Origin: Clostridia bacterium
GTDB lineage: Bacteria; Bacillota; Clostridia; Christensenellales; CAG-138
Direction: 5' to 3'
Assembly (NCBI GenBank): GCA_030527115.1
Contig: JAUNBM010000005.1
Span: forward strand, 1-62,634
DNA: 62,634 nt
The translations under genes were made by a program, and so were the position numbers. The notes beneath the pieces are model-generated. The model was not told where the DNA came from and searched no databases. It was given only the letters and a program-made list of their open reading frames with translations. Below, piece by piece: positions 26,514 through 36,297 of this stretch; within the stretch, counting starts at the first letter, position 1, and every line of letters starts with the position of its first letter.

Positions 26514-27878
26514 ATGAAGCTGCTCTCACTTAGCGGAATCCTCGGCTATGGCTTTTCCGAGGAAGCGCTGAAGAATGCTTTTATCGAACCGCCCGACTAT
26601 GTGGGCGTTGACGGAGGCTCCGTCGATCCAGGGCCGTATTATCTCGGCAAGGGCGTTTCGTTTACCACCCGCGATTGCGTGAAAAGGGATGTATCGCTCT
26701 CGCTTGAGCCCTCCCTGAAAGCCCACGCGCCCTACATCGTCGGCACGGCGGGCGGAAGCGGCAGTTCCTCGCATCTGGAGTGGCTTCGCGATATATTCTT
26801 TGAGGTTGCCCGCGAACAGGGGCTGTCGTTTAAGATGGCTCTTATCTACACCGACGTGGACAAACCCTACGTCCTTCAAAAGCTTCAAAATGGCAAGGTG
26901 ATATCCCTCGGCGACCTTCCCCTCACCGAAAAAGCCATAGCGGATTCCTGCAGGATAGTCAGCCAGATAGGAGTTTCTCCGATTATTGAGGCGCTGAAAG
27001 CCGGGGCGGACGTCGTTCTCGCCGGCCGTTCCTGCGATACGGCGATATTCGCCGCCCCCTGCATTATGCACGGCTACGATCCCGCCCTCGCCTTCCATAT
27101 GGCAAAGATTATGGAGTGCGGTTCGATGTGCGCCGAACCGATTTCCGCCGCCGACGTCATGCAGGGCGTTATCGAAAAGGACTACTTTGAGTTGACTCCG
27201 GCGCACCCGAAGCGCCGGTGTACCGTCCGAAACGTCGCCGCGCATACGATGTACGAGCAGAGCAATCCCTACATGATATATGAGCCCGACGGCGTTATTA
27301 ACCTGCTAAACGCACGGTATGAGCAGGTGAACGAACGAACCGTTCGCGTCTCCGGAAGCAGATTCATTCCCACCGACAAGCCGACGCTAAAGCTCGAAGG
27401 CGTTCGTCCGCTCGGTTTTCGCTCCGTGGCTTTCGCCGGGATAAAAGACCCCGAAACGGTCAAGCGGATCGACGAAATCTTCGACGGAGTCTGCGCCTTT
27501 GTCCGCGAAAACACGAAAGGACTTCTAAACGGCGATGATTACACGCTGTCGCTCCATAAATACGGCGTGCCGCTCTCTAAGGATGCGGAGGCGGCTGAAC
27601 CCGCTCACGATCTCGGGCTGATAATTGACGTTGTTGCCAAAACCGAACACAGCTCCGAATTTGTTCTTTCCCTCGCCCGCTCCCGTATGTTACACTATGA
27701 CTACAAGGGCAGGAAGGGAACGGCCGGCAATCTCGCCTTCCCCTTCTCGCCCTCGGATATTCATTTGGGAGAGGTGTTTGAATACAGCATCTATCACCTT
27801 GCCGAGGTGGATTCCCTGCTTGAAACGTCCGAAATTCGATATATAAACGTTGGAGGTTCAGATGACACGCTTGGTTGA
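26514..27878 (+). CDS. AtuA-like (DUF1446) family protein
   Basis: The start was trimmed to MKLLSLSGILGYGF. It has the size (454 aa) and N-terminal pattern of the AtuA/DUF1446 family, and it pairs with a DUF4387-like gene, which is the usual partner. Confidence 0.65.
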   Translation: MKLLSLSGILGYGFSEEALKNAFIEPPDYVGVDGGSVDPGPYYLGKGVSFTTRDCVKRDVSLSLEPSLKAHAPYIVGTAGGSGSSSHLEWLRDIFFEVAREQGLSFKMALIYTDVDKPYVLQKLQNGKVISLGDLPLTEKAIADSCRIVSQIGVSPIIEALKAGADVVLAGRSCDTAIFAAPCIMHGYDPALAFHMAKIMECGSMCAEPISAADVMQGVIEKDYFELTPAHPKRRCTVRNVAAHTMYEQSNPYMIYEPDGVINLLNARYEQVNERTVRVSGSRFIPTDKPTLKLEGVRPLGFRSVAFAGIKDPETVKRIDEIFDGVCAFVRENTKGLLNGDDYTLSLHKYGVPLSKDAEAAEPAHDLGLIIDVVAKTEHSSEFVLSLARSRMLHYDYKGRKGTAGNLAFPFSPSDIHLGEVFEYSIYHLAEVDSLLETSEIRYINVGGSDDTLG

Positions 27879-28167
27879 TCTTGCCACCGTGGTACGCAGT
27901 AAAAACGCAGGCCCTCTTTGGCTCACTTTGGACGTTATGTTCGATGGCGAGGAGAACTTCACCCGCGCAATCCAATCCGAAGCCATAACCCCAAAGTCCA
28001 TTTCCGACCTGTTCGGCGTGCCTGCCGAGAAGGTCAGCATCATACCCTACCCGATAGTAAACTCGATTAAGATAACGATTCCGCGGAATCCCGTCAGCGG
28101 CTCCATAGGCGAGACCGACGTTTATGGCTGTCAGCAGTATCTGCCGCTGTACTCGTTGATGGTTTAA
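27862..28167 (+). CDS. DUF4387-like small protein (AtuA partner)
   Basis: The ATG at 27862 has GGAGG 6 nt upstream and overlaps the AtuA 3' end by 17 nt. Motifs VVRSKNAGPLWLTLDV and DVYGCQQYLPL match my recollection of DUF4387. Confidence 0.65.
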   Translation: MTRLVDLATVVRSKNAGPLWLTLDVMFDGEENFTRAIQSEAITPKSISDLFGVPAEKVSIIPYPIVNSIKITIPRNPVSGSIGETDVYGCQQYLPLYSLMV

Positions 28168-28185
28168 TGGAGGAAACGAAGGCGA

Positions 28186-29097
28186 ATGATTACTAAGGAC
28201 TGTCTAAAAAAAGCCGCCCTGCTTGCGATAAAGCGGGGCGCAACCTATATCGCGGATGATGTTTTTGACGCATTTGAGCGCGCGATAGCCATAGAGGACG
28301 GCGCCGCCGCGAACGGACTTTCGCGAACGCTTGAGAGCCTCAAAATCTCCCGCGAAAAGGAGCTTCCCGCCTGCCCGGATACCGGCTGGCCGCTGTTCTT
28401 CCTGAAGGTAGGAAACGAAGCTATGCTTGAGGGCGGTCTGCTCGCTCTGGAGGAGCTTATAAAGGACGCCGTTCGCGAATGCACCACGGCGGGCATTCTT
28501 CGCAAAACTATGAAGCATCCGCTGACCGGCTACGATCCGGGCGATAATGTCGGTGAGAACGTCCCCGGCTTTACCTATCGCTTTGTGCCCGGCAACGCCG
28601 TTGAGATAACCTATGCCGCTAAGGGCGGCGGCTCGGAGGTCTTTGGCGGAACCCGCCACCGCATGATAGCCTTTTCGGACGGGGTCAACGGAATAAAGCA
28701 GTTCATCATCGACGCCTTTGCCGCTTCCGCCCGCGCGGGAGCCGTTTGCCCTCCCGGAATTTTGGGCGTTGGCATAGGCGGCACAGCCAATATCGCCGCC
28801 AACCTGGCTAAGGAAGCGGCTTGCCTCCGGAAGATAGGTTCCCATCACCCCGACCCGATGTTTGCCGAGCTTGAAAGTCAGCTTTGCGAGGGCATCAACT
28901 CCCTCGGTATCGGACACATGGGCGCGGGCGGCAGGACGAGCGTCTTTGCCGTGCATATCGAATACGCCTACACTCATATCGCGGGCGTTGCGGTCGCTAC
29001 AAGCACCAACTGCTGCGTTGCGCGCCGAGCCACCGTTCGTGCCGGCGAGAACGGCATACAGCTCATGGACGGCGCTTATTGGTTTGACGGGAGGTAG
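28186..29097 (+). CDS. class-I Fe-S hydro-lyase alpha subunit (fumarate hydratase / L-tartrate dehydratase N-terminal domain type)
   Basis: CPDTGWPLFFLKVG (the usual family motif is CQDTG), GGGSE and GVGIGG, with the size typical of TtdA / FumA-N. Confidence 0.82.
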   Translation: MITKDCLKKAALLAIKRGATYIADDVFDAFERAIAIEDGAAANGLSRTLESLKISREKELPACPDTGWPLFFLKVGNEAMLEGGLLALEELIKDAVRECTTAGILRKTMKHPLTGYDPGDNVGENVPGFTYRFVPGNAVEITYAAKGGGSEVFGGTRHRMIAFSDGVNGIKQFIIDAFAASARAGAVCPPGILGVGIGGTANIAANLAKEAACLRKIGSHHPDPMFAELESQLCEGINSLGIGHMGAGGRTSVFAVHIEYAYTHIAGVAVATSTNCCVARRATVRAGENGIQLMDGAYWFDGR

Positions 29098-29101
29098 AAA
29101 T

Positions 29102-29725
29102 ATGGCTGTTTATCATTTAAAAACGCCCCTTGCCGAGCAGGATGTTCGTCAGTTGAAAATTGGGGATACCGTTTATCTCAGCGGAAGGGTGTTTACGGGC
29201 AGATCGCGCATCCACCGCTATATCTTCGACGAGGGCAACTCGCTTCCCTTCAGCGTGGAAAGCGCCAACGCCATGATCCATGTCGGCCCCATTGTGACGC
29301 GCCGGGGCGGCAAATGGAATCTCGTCTCCTTCATGCCCACCTCCTCGCTCCGGTTTGAAAAATGGGGCGCGGCTTCGGTTGAAGCGTGGAAACTGCGCAT
29401 GATAGTCGGCAAAACCACGATGGGCAAAAAAACCATGGAGATGATGCGCTCCTTCGGCTGTGTTCACGTTTCGCCGCAAAGCGTCAGCCCGAATCTGTGG
29501 CTGAACTCAATCGAGATACTCGGAGTGGAGCTATTTGAGGAACTTGGCAGTATCGAGGCTTCGTGGCAACTCAAGCTTGACGAGCTTGGCCCCTTCATTG
29601 TCGATATCGACGCTATGGGGAACAATCTGTTTGAAACTATGGATGAGAGTATTGGTAAAGCCCGCGATGCGGCGCTTGAAAAAATGGGCCTGCCGGAGGA
29701 TTTCAGCCCGACGCGCCTTTACTGA
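29102..29725 (+). CDS. class-I Fe-S hydro-lyase beta subunit (fumarate hydratase C-terminal / TtdB type)
   Basis: The ATG at 29102 is 4 nt after the alpha stop. Motifs LKIGDTVYLSGRVFTGRS, GPIV, IVGKTTMG and FIVDIDAMGNNLF. Confidence 0.82.
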   Translation: MAVYHLKTPLAEQDVRQLKIGDTVYLSGRVFTGRSRIHRYIFDEGNSLPFSVESANAMIHVGPIVTRRGGKWNLVSFMPTSSLRFEKWGAASVEAWKLRMIVGKTTMGKKTMEMMRSFGCVHVSPQSVSPNLWLNSIEILGVELFEELGSIEASWQLKLDELGPFIVDIDAMGNNLFETMDESIGKARDAALEKMGLPEDFSPTRLY

Positions 29726-30032
29726 TACCGTTGCAATTCTCCCTATGCGACTGCTTTTCCATTTGGCAGTCGCCCTTTTTTTCGATGTGGCGGTTGCGAA
29801 ACCAGAGCAGAACATCCGCCGAGATCATGAGCAGGTTGATTATATAGAGGATGAGGACTATATCGGGATGATAAAAGATCTTGTGCAGAATCCCAAAACA
29901 ATAGCCTATGACTACGACCATCGAAAAAAGCAGGCTCTTGCCGACCGTACTGCGGCTCTTGTAGGACTTGACTAAGGAAACCGGCCAGGCAAGGCCGAAA
30001 CAGAACAGCATTGCGGCTTCAAAAAAGCTCAT
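29703..30032 (-). CDS. small three-TM membrane protein (PQ-loop/SemiSWEET-like, tentative)
   Basis: The internal ATG at 30032 has AGGGAG upstream. The 109-aa protein MSFFEAAMLFCFGLAWPVSLVKSYKSRSTVGKSL... has three hydrophobic helices. The rest of the 242-aa track ORF runs through the tRNA and was discarded. Confidence 0.5.
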   Translation of the reverse strand: MSFFEAAMLFCFGLAWPVSLVKSYKSRSTVGKSLLFSMVVVIGYCFGILHKIFYHPDIVLILYIINLLMISADVLLWFRNRHIEKKGDCQMEKQSHRENCNGISKGASG

Positions 30033-30284
30033 AATTTTCTCCCTGCAAACATTATCGCTGACGCCAGTATAAGCGCAAAACCCGCGAAAATAAAGTGATT
30101 CGAAGTTAAATTGGAAAAAAAGCAATAATAAAGAGATAAAATGACAGCCGACGCGCCCTATGTGCCCCTCCCTCCCGCCTAAGCTCGCGAAGCTAAAACG
30201 CTCCTTTGGCAGGCAAAAAGCGCCGGAAGTTTCCCGACCGAAAGCAAGGCAAGCGCCCGAATTGTAAAATTTAAGGAATAGGTC

Positions 30285-30313
30285 TTGACAAGGGGGCATA
30301 TAATGAGTATAAT
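30285..30313 (+). promoter_or_regulatory. sigma-A type promoter of tRNA-fMet
   Basis: TTGACA (30285..30290), a 17-nt spacer, then TATAAT (30308..30313). The tRNA 5' end is 25 nt downstream. Confidence 0.65.
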
Positions 30314-30337
30314 TAACGAGCTTAAAGAGCAAGTCGC

Positions 30338-30413
<76 letters not shown>

Positions 30414-30416
30414 TCG

Positions 30417-30448
30417 AAAACGCCGCATCATCGGCGTTTTCTTTTTTT
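30417..30448 (+). terminator. intrinsic terminator of the tRNA gene
   Basis: AAAACGCCG-catcat-CGGCGTTTT (9-bp stem) followed by CTTTTTTT. Confidence 0.8.
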
Positions 30449-30504
30449 ATACTCCTTTTTTATCTCTCCTTTTGCAGAAAAATGCGAATTTGTTCCTTAA
30501 ATGC

Positions 30505-30517
30505 ATAAACGTTTGTA
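30505..30517. promoter_or_regulatory. ATAAACGTTTGTA motif (site 1), candidate operator upstream of the SBP gene
   Basis: Its reverse complement TACAAACGTTTAT matches site 2 (TACAAACGTTCAT) at 12 of 13 positions. A third CATAAACG half-site occurs at 30547..30554. Confidence 0.3.
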
Positions 30518-30585
30518 CATTTATTCTGATAGATTACAGTAATATTCATAAACGCCATTTATCAAAAGATAAAAAAACATGATTT

Positions 30586-30598
30586 TACAAACGTTCAT
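30586..30598. promoter_or_regulatory. TACAAACGTTCAT motif (site 2), in inverted orientation to site 1
   Basis: Read directly. It lies 75 nt upstream of the SBP start codon. Confidence 0.3.
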
Positions 30599-30672
30599 GG
30601 AGCTGTTATCATGTAAGAGGTGGTCGCAGATATGCGAATAAAAATACAAAAAAACCATGGGAGGATAAGTGA

Positions 30673-32277
30673 ATGAAAAGGCTGGTAGCTCTCCTGATTG
30701 CTGCAATCATGATGATTTCATTGTGCGCATGCTCTAAGGACACTAATGATGATCCATCGGACTCCGGCGATGCGACGACAAACGGTTTTGTCGGCACAAG
30801 TGGCGGAGGCTCGGCGGCTGTTTACTCCGCAAAGGATTCGGTCGTTTTCCGGCTGAATGCGGATATTGCAACGCTTGACCCGCACAAGACTTCCGGAACT
30901 GCGAATGAAAGAATAGTTCAGATTCAGTTCTATGAAAGCTTGTTCGGACAAGACCGTTTTAACGACACTACCGAAATCAATCCGCGGCTCGCTGAAAGCT
31001 GGCAGTATCTGGACGATGAAAAGCTCCAGATGGAGATTACGCTCCGCAAGGGCGTGAAGTTCCATAACGGTGACGAGATGACTGCGGACGACGTTGTGTT
31101 TTCCCTGAACAGAGCTAAGGACAGCGGCTACAGCTCCACCTTGGCGGCTTTCTGGGAGAGCGTTGAGAAGATTGACGATTATACCGTTGTGGTTCACCTG
31201 ACCCAGGCATACGGCGCAATCGAGAAGGTTCTTGCGACCCCGAACTGCTCCATCGTGTGCAAGAAATTTACCGAGGAAAGCGGCGACAACCTCGAACGCA
31301 CCCCCTGCGGCACCGGCCCCTATGTGCTTTCGGAGTGGATTACCGGCGACAGCGTTACCGTTACGGCTTTTGCTGATTACTGGAGAGGCGAAGCCGCCAT
31401 CAAGACCGGAAAATTCGTTATCATCACCGACAACAGCACCTATCTTATTGCTCTGGAGAACGGCGAGGTCGATATCTCCAACATGATGGGAACGGCGGAT
31501 GTTCAGACGGTAATCGACAATCCGGATTTGAGCTACACCTCCAGCGGCAGCGGCAACTCCGGACATTGCATCCTGTTTAACTGTGGCGAGGGTAGCATCT
31601 TTGCGGATGAAAGAATGCGCCTTGCAGTCGCCGCTGCAATCGACCGCGAATCCATCTACATCAGCGCCTTCGATGGAAACGGAACTATATCCACAAACAT
31701 TATGAGCATGACCGTAGACGAGTATCCCGAGAACTTTGAGGCGATTCCCTTTGATTTGGAATATGCTAAACAGCTGGTTATCGACGCTGGCTATCCGGAC
31801 GGCGTGACTATTTCGGTGCCTACCATCGAAGCCGCCAACTACAACAAGCCCGCAATCGTCATTCAAGAACAGCTTGGAAAGATTGGAATCCATCTTGAGC
31901 TGGACGTTATGACCAGGGCGGCATGGAATGAAAAGGTTATCGGAAATTCCGACTTTCAGATAACCAACTGGGCGGTCGTTCCCGATTTTGAGGACGCCGA
32001 CGCTATCCTCTATAAACTGCACAGCAACAGCGGCGTGAACTTCTATAACATTAACGACCCTGAGCTGGACGCGCTTCTCGACGCCGGGCGCGCCTTAGAA
32101 CCCGGAGAGGAGAGGAATCAGATTTATCTGGAGGCCTTGGAGCTTATCCGTGATAAAGCCTATGCGATTTCCTTCCTCAAAGATTTACGAAACGTCTCTT
32201 ATAACTCCAAGCTTCAGGGCGTAGTTGCCTTCCCCGAGCAGAGATATCAGCTGTTCAACTTCTGGTGGGCTGAGTAA
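30673..32277 (+). CDS. family-5 ABC substrate-binding lipoprotein (peptide/opine type)
   Basis: Lipobox ISLCACSKD with GGAGG upstream, and family-5 SBP size. Confidence 0.88.
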   Translation: MKRLVALLIAAIMMISLCACSKDTNDDPSDSGDATTNGFVGTSGGGSAAVYSAKDSVVFRLNADIATLDPHKTSGTANERIVQIQFYESLFGQDRFNDTTEINPRLAESWQYLDDEKLQMEITLRKGVKFHNGDEMTADDVVFSLNRAKDSGYSSTLAAFWESVEKIDDYTVVVHLTQAYGAIEKVLATPNCSIVCKKFTEESGDNLERTPCGTGPYVLSEWITGDSVTVTAFADYWRGEAAIKTGKFVIITDNSTYLIALENGEVDISNMMGTADVQTVIDNPDLSYTSSGSGNSGHCILFNCGEGSIFADERMRLAVAAAIDRESIYISAFDGNGTISTNIMSMTVDEYPENFEAIPFDLEYAKQLVIDAGYPDGVTISVPTIEAANYNKPAIVIQEQLGKIGIHLELDVMTRAAWNEKVIGNSDFQITNWAVVPDFEDADAILYKLHSNSGVNFYNINDPELDALLDAGRALEPGEERNQIYLEALELIRDKAYAISFLKDLRNVSYNSKLQGVVAFPEQRYQLFNFWWAE

Positions 32278-32380
32278 ATACGTATTAAGCAAGTCAGGGC
32301 AATGGGGCTGTCCGCTACCATATAGCAACAGGGTGGACAGCCCCTGAAAAATCAAGTCGTATCAAAAAAAGGAGCAACGA

Positions 32381-33376
32381 ATGATAAAATATATCATAAA
32401 ACGAGTGCTAATGCTGATTCCGGTGCTTCTGGGGATATCGCTACTCATATTCACGGTTATGAATATCTCGTCGGGCGACCCTGCGCGCGCGCTGTTGAGC
32501 GATTACGCCTCTCAGGAGGACGTTGACAAGTTGCGCGAGGAGATGGGGCTGAACGATCCGTTCCTGGAGCAGTACGGGCGCTATATATGGAATGCGCTCC
32601 ATGGCGATTTGGGAACGTCTTACCAATCCGGCCAGCCCGTCGTCCAACTCATAGCGCAAAGATACCCCACAACTATCAAACTTGCGCTGGGCTCCATCCT
32701 GCTGTCAATCATTTTTGGCATCCCAATCGGAATACTCTCGGCGGTTAAGCAGTATTCGCTGATTGACAACGCCTCCATGCTCTTGTCGATGCTTTTAACC
32801 TCCACTCCGAGCTTTTGGCTGGGCTTGATGCTACTGATTGTATTTTCGTTGACCCTGCATTGGCTTCCGGCAACGCAGGCGTTGGGAACGCCCACAATCA
32901 AGCACTTTATTCTGCCGTGGATCACCCTGAACTGCATGACTTTTGCGCTCCTAATTCGAATGTCGCGCTCAACGATGCTCGAAGTTATACGGCAGGATTA
33001 TATCCGAACGGCAAAGGCAAAGGGCGCTACGGACAGGCGAGTAACCTTTAAGCACGCATTGAGAAACGCTCTATTGCCTATCGTTACGGTAATCGGCACC
33101 CAGCTGAGCGTACAGCTCGGCGGCTCCGTGGTTGTTGAGAGCGTTTTTGCGCTGAATGGTATTGGGACTATGGCCATCAACGGAATTAAAGCGAAGGACA
33201 CTCCGGTTGTCATGGCGGCGATTATGTTTATCGCAATTGTAGGCGGCATTATTAACCTGCTTGTAGATATCGGCTATGTCTTTATTGATCCGCGGCTGAA
33301 ATCGCAGTTCTTTAAGGGCAAGAAGAAGGAAAAAGCTAAAAATGCCGAACAAAAGCAGTTGCCTTCATCAACCTGA
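32381..33376 (+). CDS. ABC transporter permease (DppB-like)
   Basis: N-terminus MIKYIIKRVLMLIPVLLG, MGLNDPFLEQY, and the loop YIRTAKAKGA. Confidence 0.9.
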   Translation: MIKYIIKRVLMLIPVLLGISLLIFTVMNISSGDPARALLSDYASQEDVDKLREEMGLNDPFLEQYGRYIWNALHGDLGTSYQSGQPVVQLIAQRYPTTIKLALGSILLSIIFGIPIGILSAVKQYSLIDNASMLLSMLLTSTPSFWLGLMLLIVFSLTLHWLPATQALGTPTIKHFILPWITLNCMTFALLIRMSRSTMLEVIRQDYIRTAKAKGATDRRVTFKHALRNALLPIVTVIGTQLSVQLGGSVVVESVFALNGIGTMAINGIKAKDTPVVMAAIMFIAIVGGIINLLVDIGYVFIDPRLKSQFFKGKKKEKAKNAEQKQLPSST

Positions 33377-33440
33377 TGGGTCTTGTATTCGTGACGGCGG
33401 TTTATGCCTTCCATTTAGATGATTTAAGGAGTGATTCACT

Positions 33441-34316
33441 GTGAATAGAAAGCAAAAGAACAAACGCCCTCGCAGTCGTGCCGGAGCAATCTGGTTTCGC
33501 TTTAAGAAGAACAAACTGGCGCTTGTTGGCGTAGTCATTATATTTATTATGTCGGTGCTTGCAATCTTTGCCGGAGTTATCGTCGATTACCAGGCGGATG
33601 TGGTTGAGCAAAACGCCGCAATCCGTATGCAACCTGCCTCGGGTGATCACATCCTTGGCACGGACAGTTACGGCAGGGATATATTCGGGAGAATCGTATA
33701 CGGGGCAAGGACTTCCCTGGCGGTCGGGTTATCCGTCGTCGGTCTCGCCCTGATAATGGGCGGCGTTGTCGGTTCTATTGCAGGCTACTTTGGCGGAACT
33801 ATAGATATAATTATCATGCGGTTCATGGACATCCTGCTTGCAATTCCTAGTTTGATTTTAGCGATGGCCGTGGTCAGCGCGCTGGGGACGGATATCAAGA
33901 ATTTAACGCTTGCGCTGGCTATCGCTCACACCCCGCAGTTCGCACGAGTGGTTCGCGCCGCAGTTATGCCGCTCAGAGGGCAGGAATACGTGGAGTCCGC
34001 CCGCGCATTCGGAACAAAGAATTTCCGTATCATAACAAGGCATATCTTGCCTAACGCCTTTGGGCCGATAATCGTTCAGGCAACGATGCAAATAGGAACG
34101 GCAATACTTAATATTTCGTCCCTGAGCTTCATCGGGCTCGGAATACAGTCCCCCGCCCCCGAATGGGGCAGTATGCTTGCGGAAGCGAGGGAGTATCTGC
34201 GATATGAGCCAACCTTGGTGCTTGCGCCCGGTATCTGCATTATGCTTGCCGTTTTCTCCTTTAACCGCATCGGAGACGGCTTGAGGGACGCCTTGGATCC
34301 TCGCCTTAAAAACTGA
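33441..34316 (+). CDS. ABC transporter permease (DppC-like)
   Basis: GTG start with AAGGAG upstream. Motifs LGTDSYGRDIFGRIVYGAR and EYVESARAFG. Confidence 0.88.
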   Translation: MNRKQKNKRPRSRAGAIWFRFKKNKLALVGVVIIFIMSVLAIFAGVIVDYQADVVEQNAAIRMQPASGDHILGTDSYGRDIFGRIVYGARTSLAVGLSVVGLALIMGGVVGSIAGYFGGTIDIIIMRFMDILLAIPSLILAMAVVSALGTDIKNLTLALAIAHTPQFARVVRAAVMPLRGQEYVESARAFGTKNFRIITRHILPNAFGPIIVQATMQIGTAILNISSLSFIGLGIQSPAPEWGSMLAEAREYLRYEPTLVLAPGICIMLAVFSFNRIGDGLRDALDPRLKN

Positions 34317-34336
34317 ACCTGAGAGGAATATCGTTC

Positions 34337-35335
34337 ATGGATAATATACTTGAGATTAAGGATTTGAATGTTGTATATGAGACGGACGAGGCCACGTTCT
34401 ACGCGATCAACGGGCTGAATCTGACGATGCAACGCGGCGAGATGATTGGACTGGTTGGCGAGACCGGCGCCGGAAAGACTACCACGGCGCTGAGCGTCAT
34501 GCGGCTTTTGCCGGATCGCATAGGCAAGATTGTCTCCGGCTCAATCCGCCTGAACGGGGTGGAGATTACAAAGGCGACAAAGCACGATATGCAGATTATG
34601 CGCGGTGAAATCGTCTCCATGATATTTCAAGACCCAATGACCAGCCTCAATCCGCTCATCCCTATCGGAAAGCAGATTGAGGAAGCCCTGATCCTGCATA
34701 AAAAGGATATGCCGTCTCAGGAGAGGAAACAACAGGTCGACCGCCTGCTGACGATGATTGGGCTTTCGCCTGACCGCAAGATGGAATATCCGCACCAGTT
34801 TTCCGGCGGCATGAAGCAGAGAATAGTTATTGCGATGGCTCTTGCTTGCGAACCCCTGCTCCTCCTTGCCGATGAACCGACGACGGCTTTGGACGTTACG
34901 ATTCAAGCTCAGGTGCTGGATATGATGAAGCGGCTGAAGGAGGAGTTCAATACCGCCGTTATCCTGATAACGCACGACCTGGGCATCGTTGCACAGACGT
35001 GCAGCAGAGTCGCCATAATGTACGCGGGCGAGATAATTGAAATCGGCTCGGTCGAAGCGATATTTACCCCCGGCGTGCATCATCCTTACACCACGGGTTT
35101 GTTTGGTTCCATACCGGATATCAAGTCTACGACCCGACGGTTGAACCCAATAAACGGCCTAATGCCCGACCCTTCGATTCTATTCACGGGATGCAGATTT
35201 GCAGAACGCTGTCCGCATGCTATGCCAAAATGCAACAACCAGCGACCAACGGTATATGAAAAGGACGGGCATAGCGTTCTTTGCCATCTGTACGGACAAA
35301 AGAAGGCAACCACTATGCAGGAGGACGAAAAATGA
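34337..35335 (+). CDS. ABC transporter ATP-binding protein (DppD/OppD-like)
   Basis: Walker A GETGAGKTT, signature FSGGMKQR and Walker [12 protein letters not shown]. Confidence 0.9.
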   Translation: MDNILEIKDLNVVYETDEATFYAINGLNLTMQRGEMIGLVGETGAGKTTTALSVMRLLPDRIGKIVSGSIRLNGVEITKATKHDMQIMRGEIVSMIFQDPMTSLNPLIPIGKQIEEALILHKKDMPSQERKQQVDRLLTMIGLSPDRKMEYPHQFSGGMKQRIVIAMALACEPLLLLADEPTTALDVTIQAQVLDMMKRLKEEFNTAVILITHDLGIVAQTCSRVAIMYAGEIIEIGSVEAIFTPGVHHPYTTGLFGSIPDIKSTTRRLNPINGLMPDPSILFTGCRFAERCPHAMPKCNNQRPTVYEKDGHSVLCHLYGQKKATTMQEDEK

Positions 35336-36288
35336 CTGTGCCATTGATTGAAACAAGGAACTTAAAAAAATACTTTAATACGCCGCGAGGCCTTTTGCAC
35401 GCCGTTGATAACATCAACATCAAAATTATGCGCGGCGAGACGCTCGGCCTTGTCGGAGAGTCCGGTTGCGGAAAGTCCACCTTGGGCAGAGTTTTGCTCC
35501 GGTTGATTTCAGCGACCGACGGCGAAGTTTTATATAATGGCGAGAACATCTTGGAATACAAGAAACAGCGCATGAACGAAATGCGCAAGAAGATGCAGAT
35601 AATATTTCAAGACCCGTATTCCTCCCTTAACCCCCGTATGTCGGTTGCAAGCTTGATTGAGGAGCCTTTGAAGGTATGCGGCATCTGCGCCAACGCAAAG
35701 GAGCGTAACGAGCGCGTCGACTATCTGATGCGCACGGTAGGACTGGCGCAACGCTTTAAAAACTCCTATCCGCACGAGCTGGACGGCGGCAGGCGACAGC
35801 GCATCGGCGTCGCGCGCGCCCTCTCGGTTGAGCCGGAGCTGATAGTTTGCGACGAGCCCGTCTCCGCCCTCGATGTGTCCATTCAAGCTCAGATTCTGAA
35901 CCTGCTTATGGATTTACAGGAGGATAAGGGCCTGACCTATATCTTCATCACTCATGATTTGAGCGTTGTGAAGCATATCAGCACGCACATCATGGTTATG
36001 TATTTGGGGCAGGGCATCGAATATGCCGAAAAGAACGAGCTTTTCGCCAACTATAAGCATCCCTACACGGAGGCCTTGCTGAGCGCAATCCCGCTTCCGA
36101 GCATCCGCCCCGAAGACCGGCTCAGAAACATCATCGCAGGCGAGGTTACCAGCCCCATCAACCCCAAACCCGGATGCCGCTTCGCCCCGCGATGCCCCTA
36201 TGCGAAACCCGAATGCCAGGCGGAGGATATCCCCTATGTGGAAGTATCGCCCAATCATTTTGTTGCGTGTCTGCGTTACCGCAAGTAA
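35332..36288 (+). CDS. ABC transporter ATP-binding protein (DppF/OppF-like)
   Basis: The start was trimmed to MTVPLIETRNLKKYF, with AGGAGG upstream and an ATGA overlap with the previous stop. Walker [10 protein letters not shown], signature LDGGRRQR, and [10 protein letters not shown]. Confidence 0.9.
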   Translation: MTVPLIETRNLKKYFNTPRGLLHAVDNINIKIMRGETLGLVGESGCGKSTLGRVLLRLISATDGEVLYNGENILEYKKQRMNEMRKKMQIIFQDPYSSLNPRMSVASLIEEPLKVCGICANAKERNERVDYLMRTVGLAQRFKNSYPHELDGGRRQRIGVARALSVEPELIVCDEPVSALDVSIQAQILNLLMDLQEDKGLTYIFITHDLSVVKHISTHIMVMYLGQGIEYAEKNELFANYKHPYTEALLSAIPLPSIRPEDRLRNIIAGEVTSPINPKPGCRFAPRCPYAKPECQAEDIPYVEVSPNHFVACLRYRK

Positions 36289-36297
36289 GGAGTAGCC

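Noticed and set aside
30718-32022. 434-aa minus-strand ORF
   Set aside because: It is antisense to the SBP gene 30673-32277 and has no motifs or RBS, so it is a shadow ORF.
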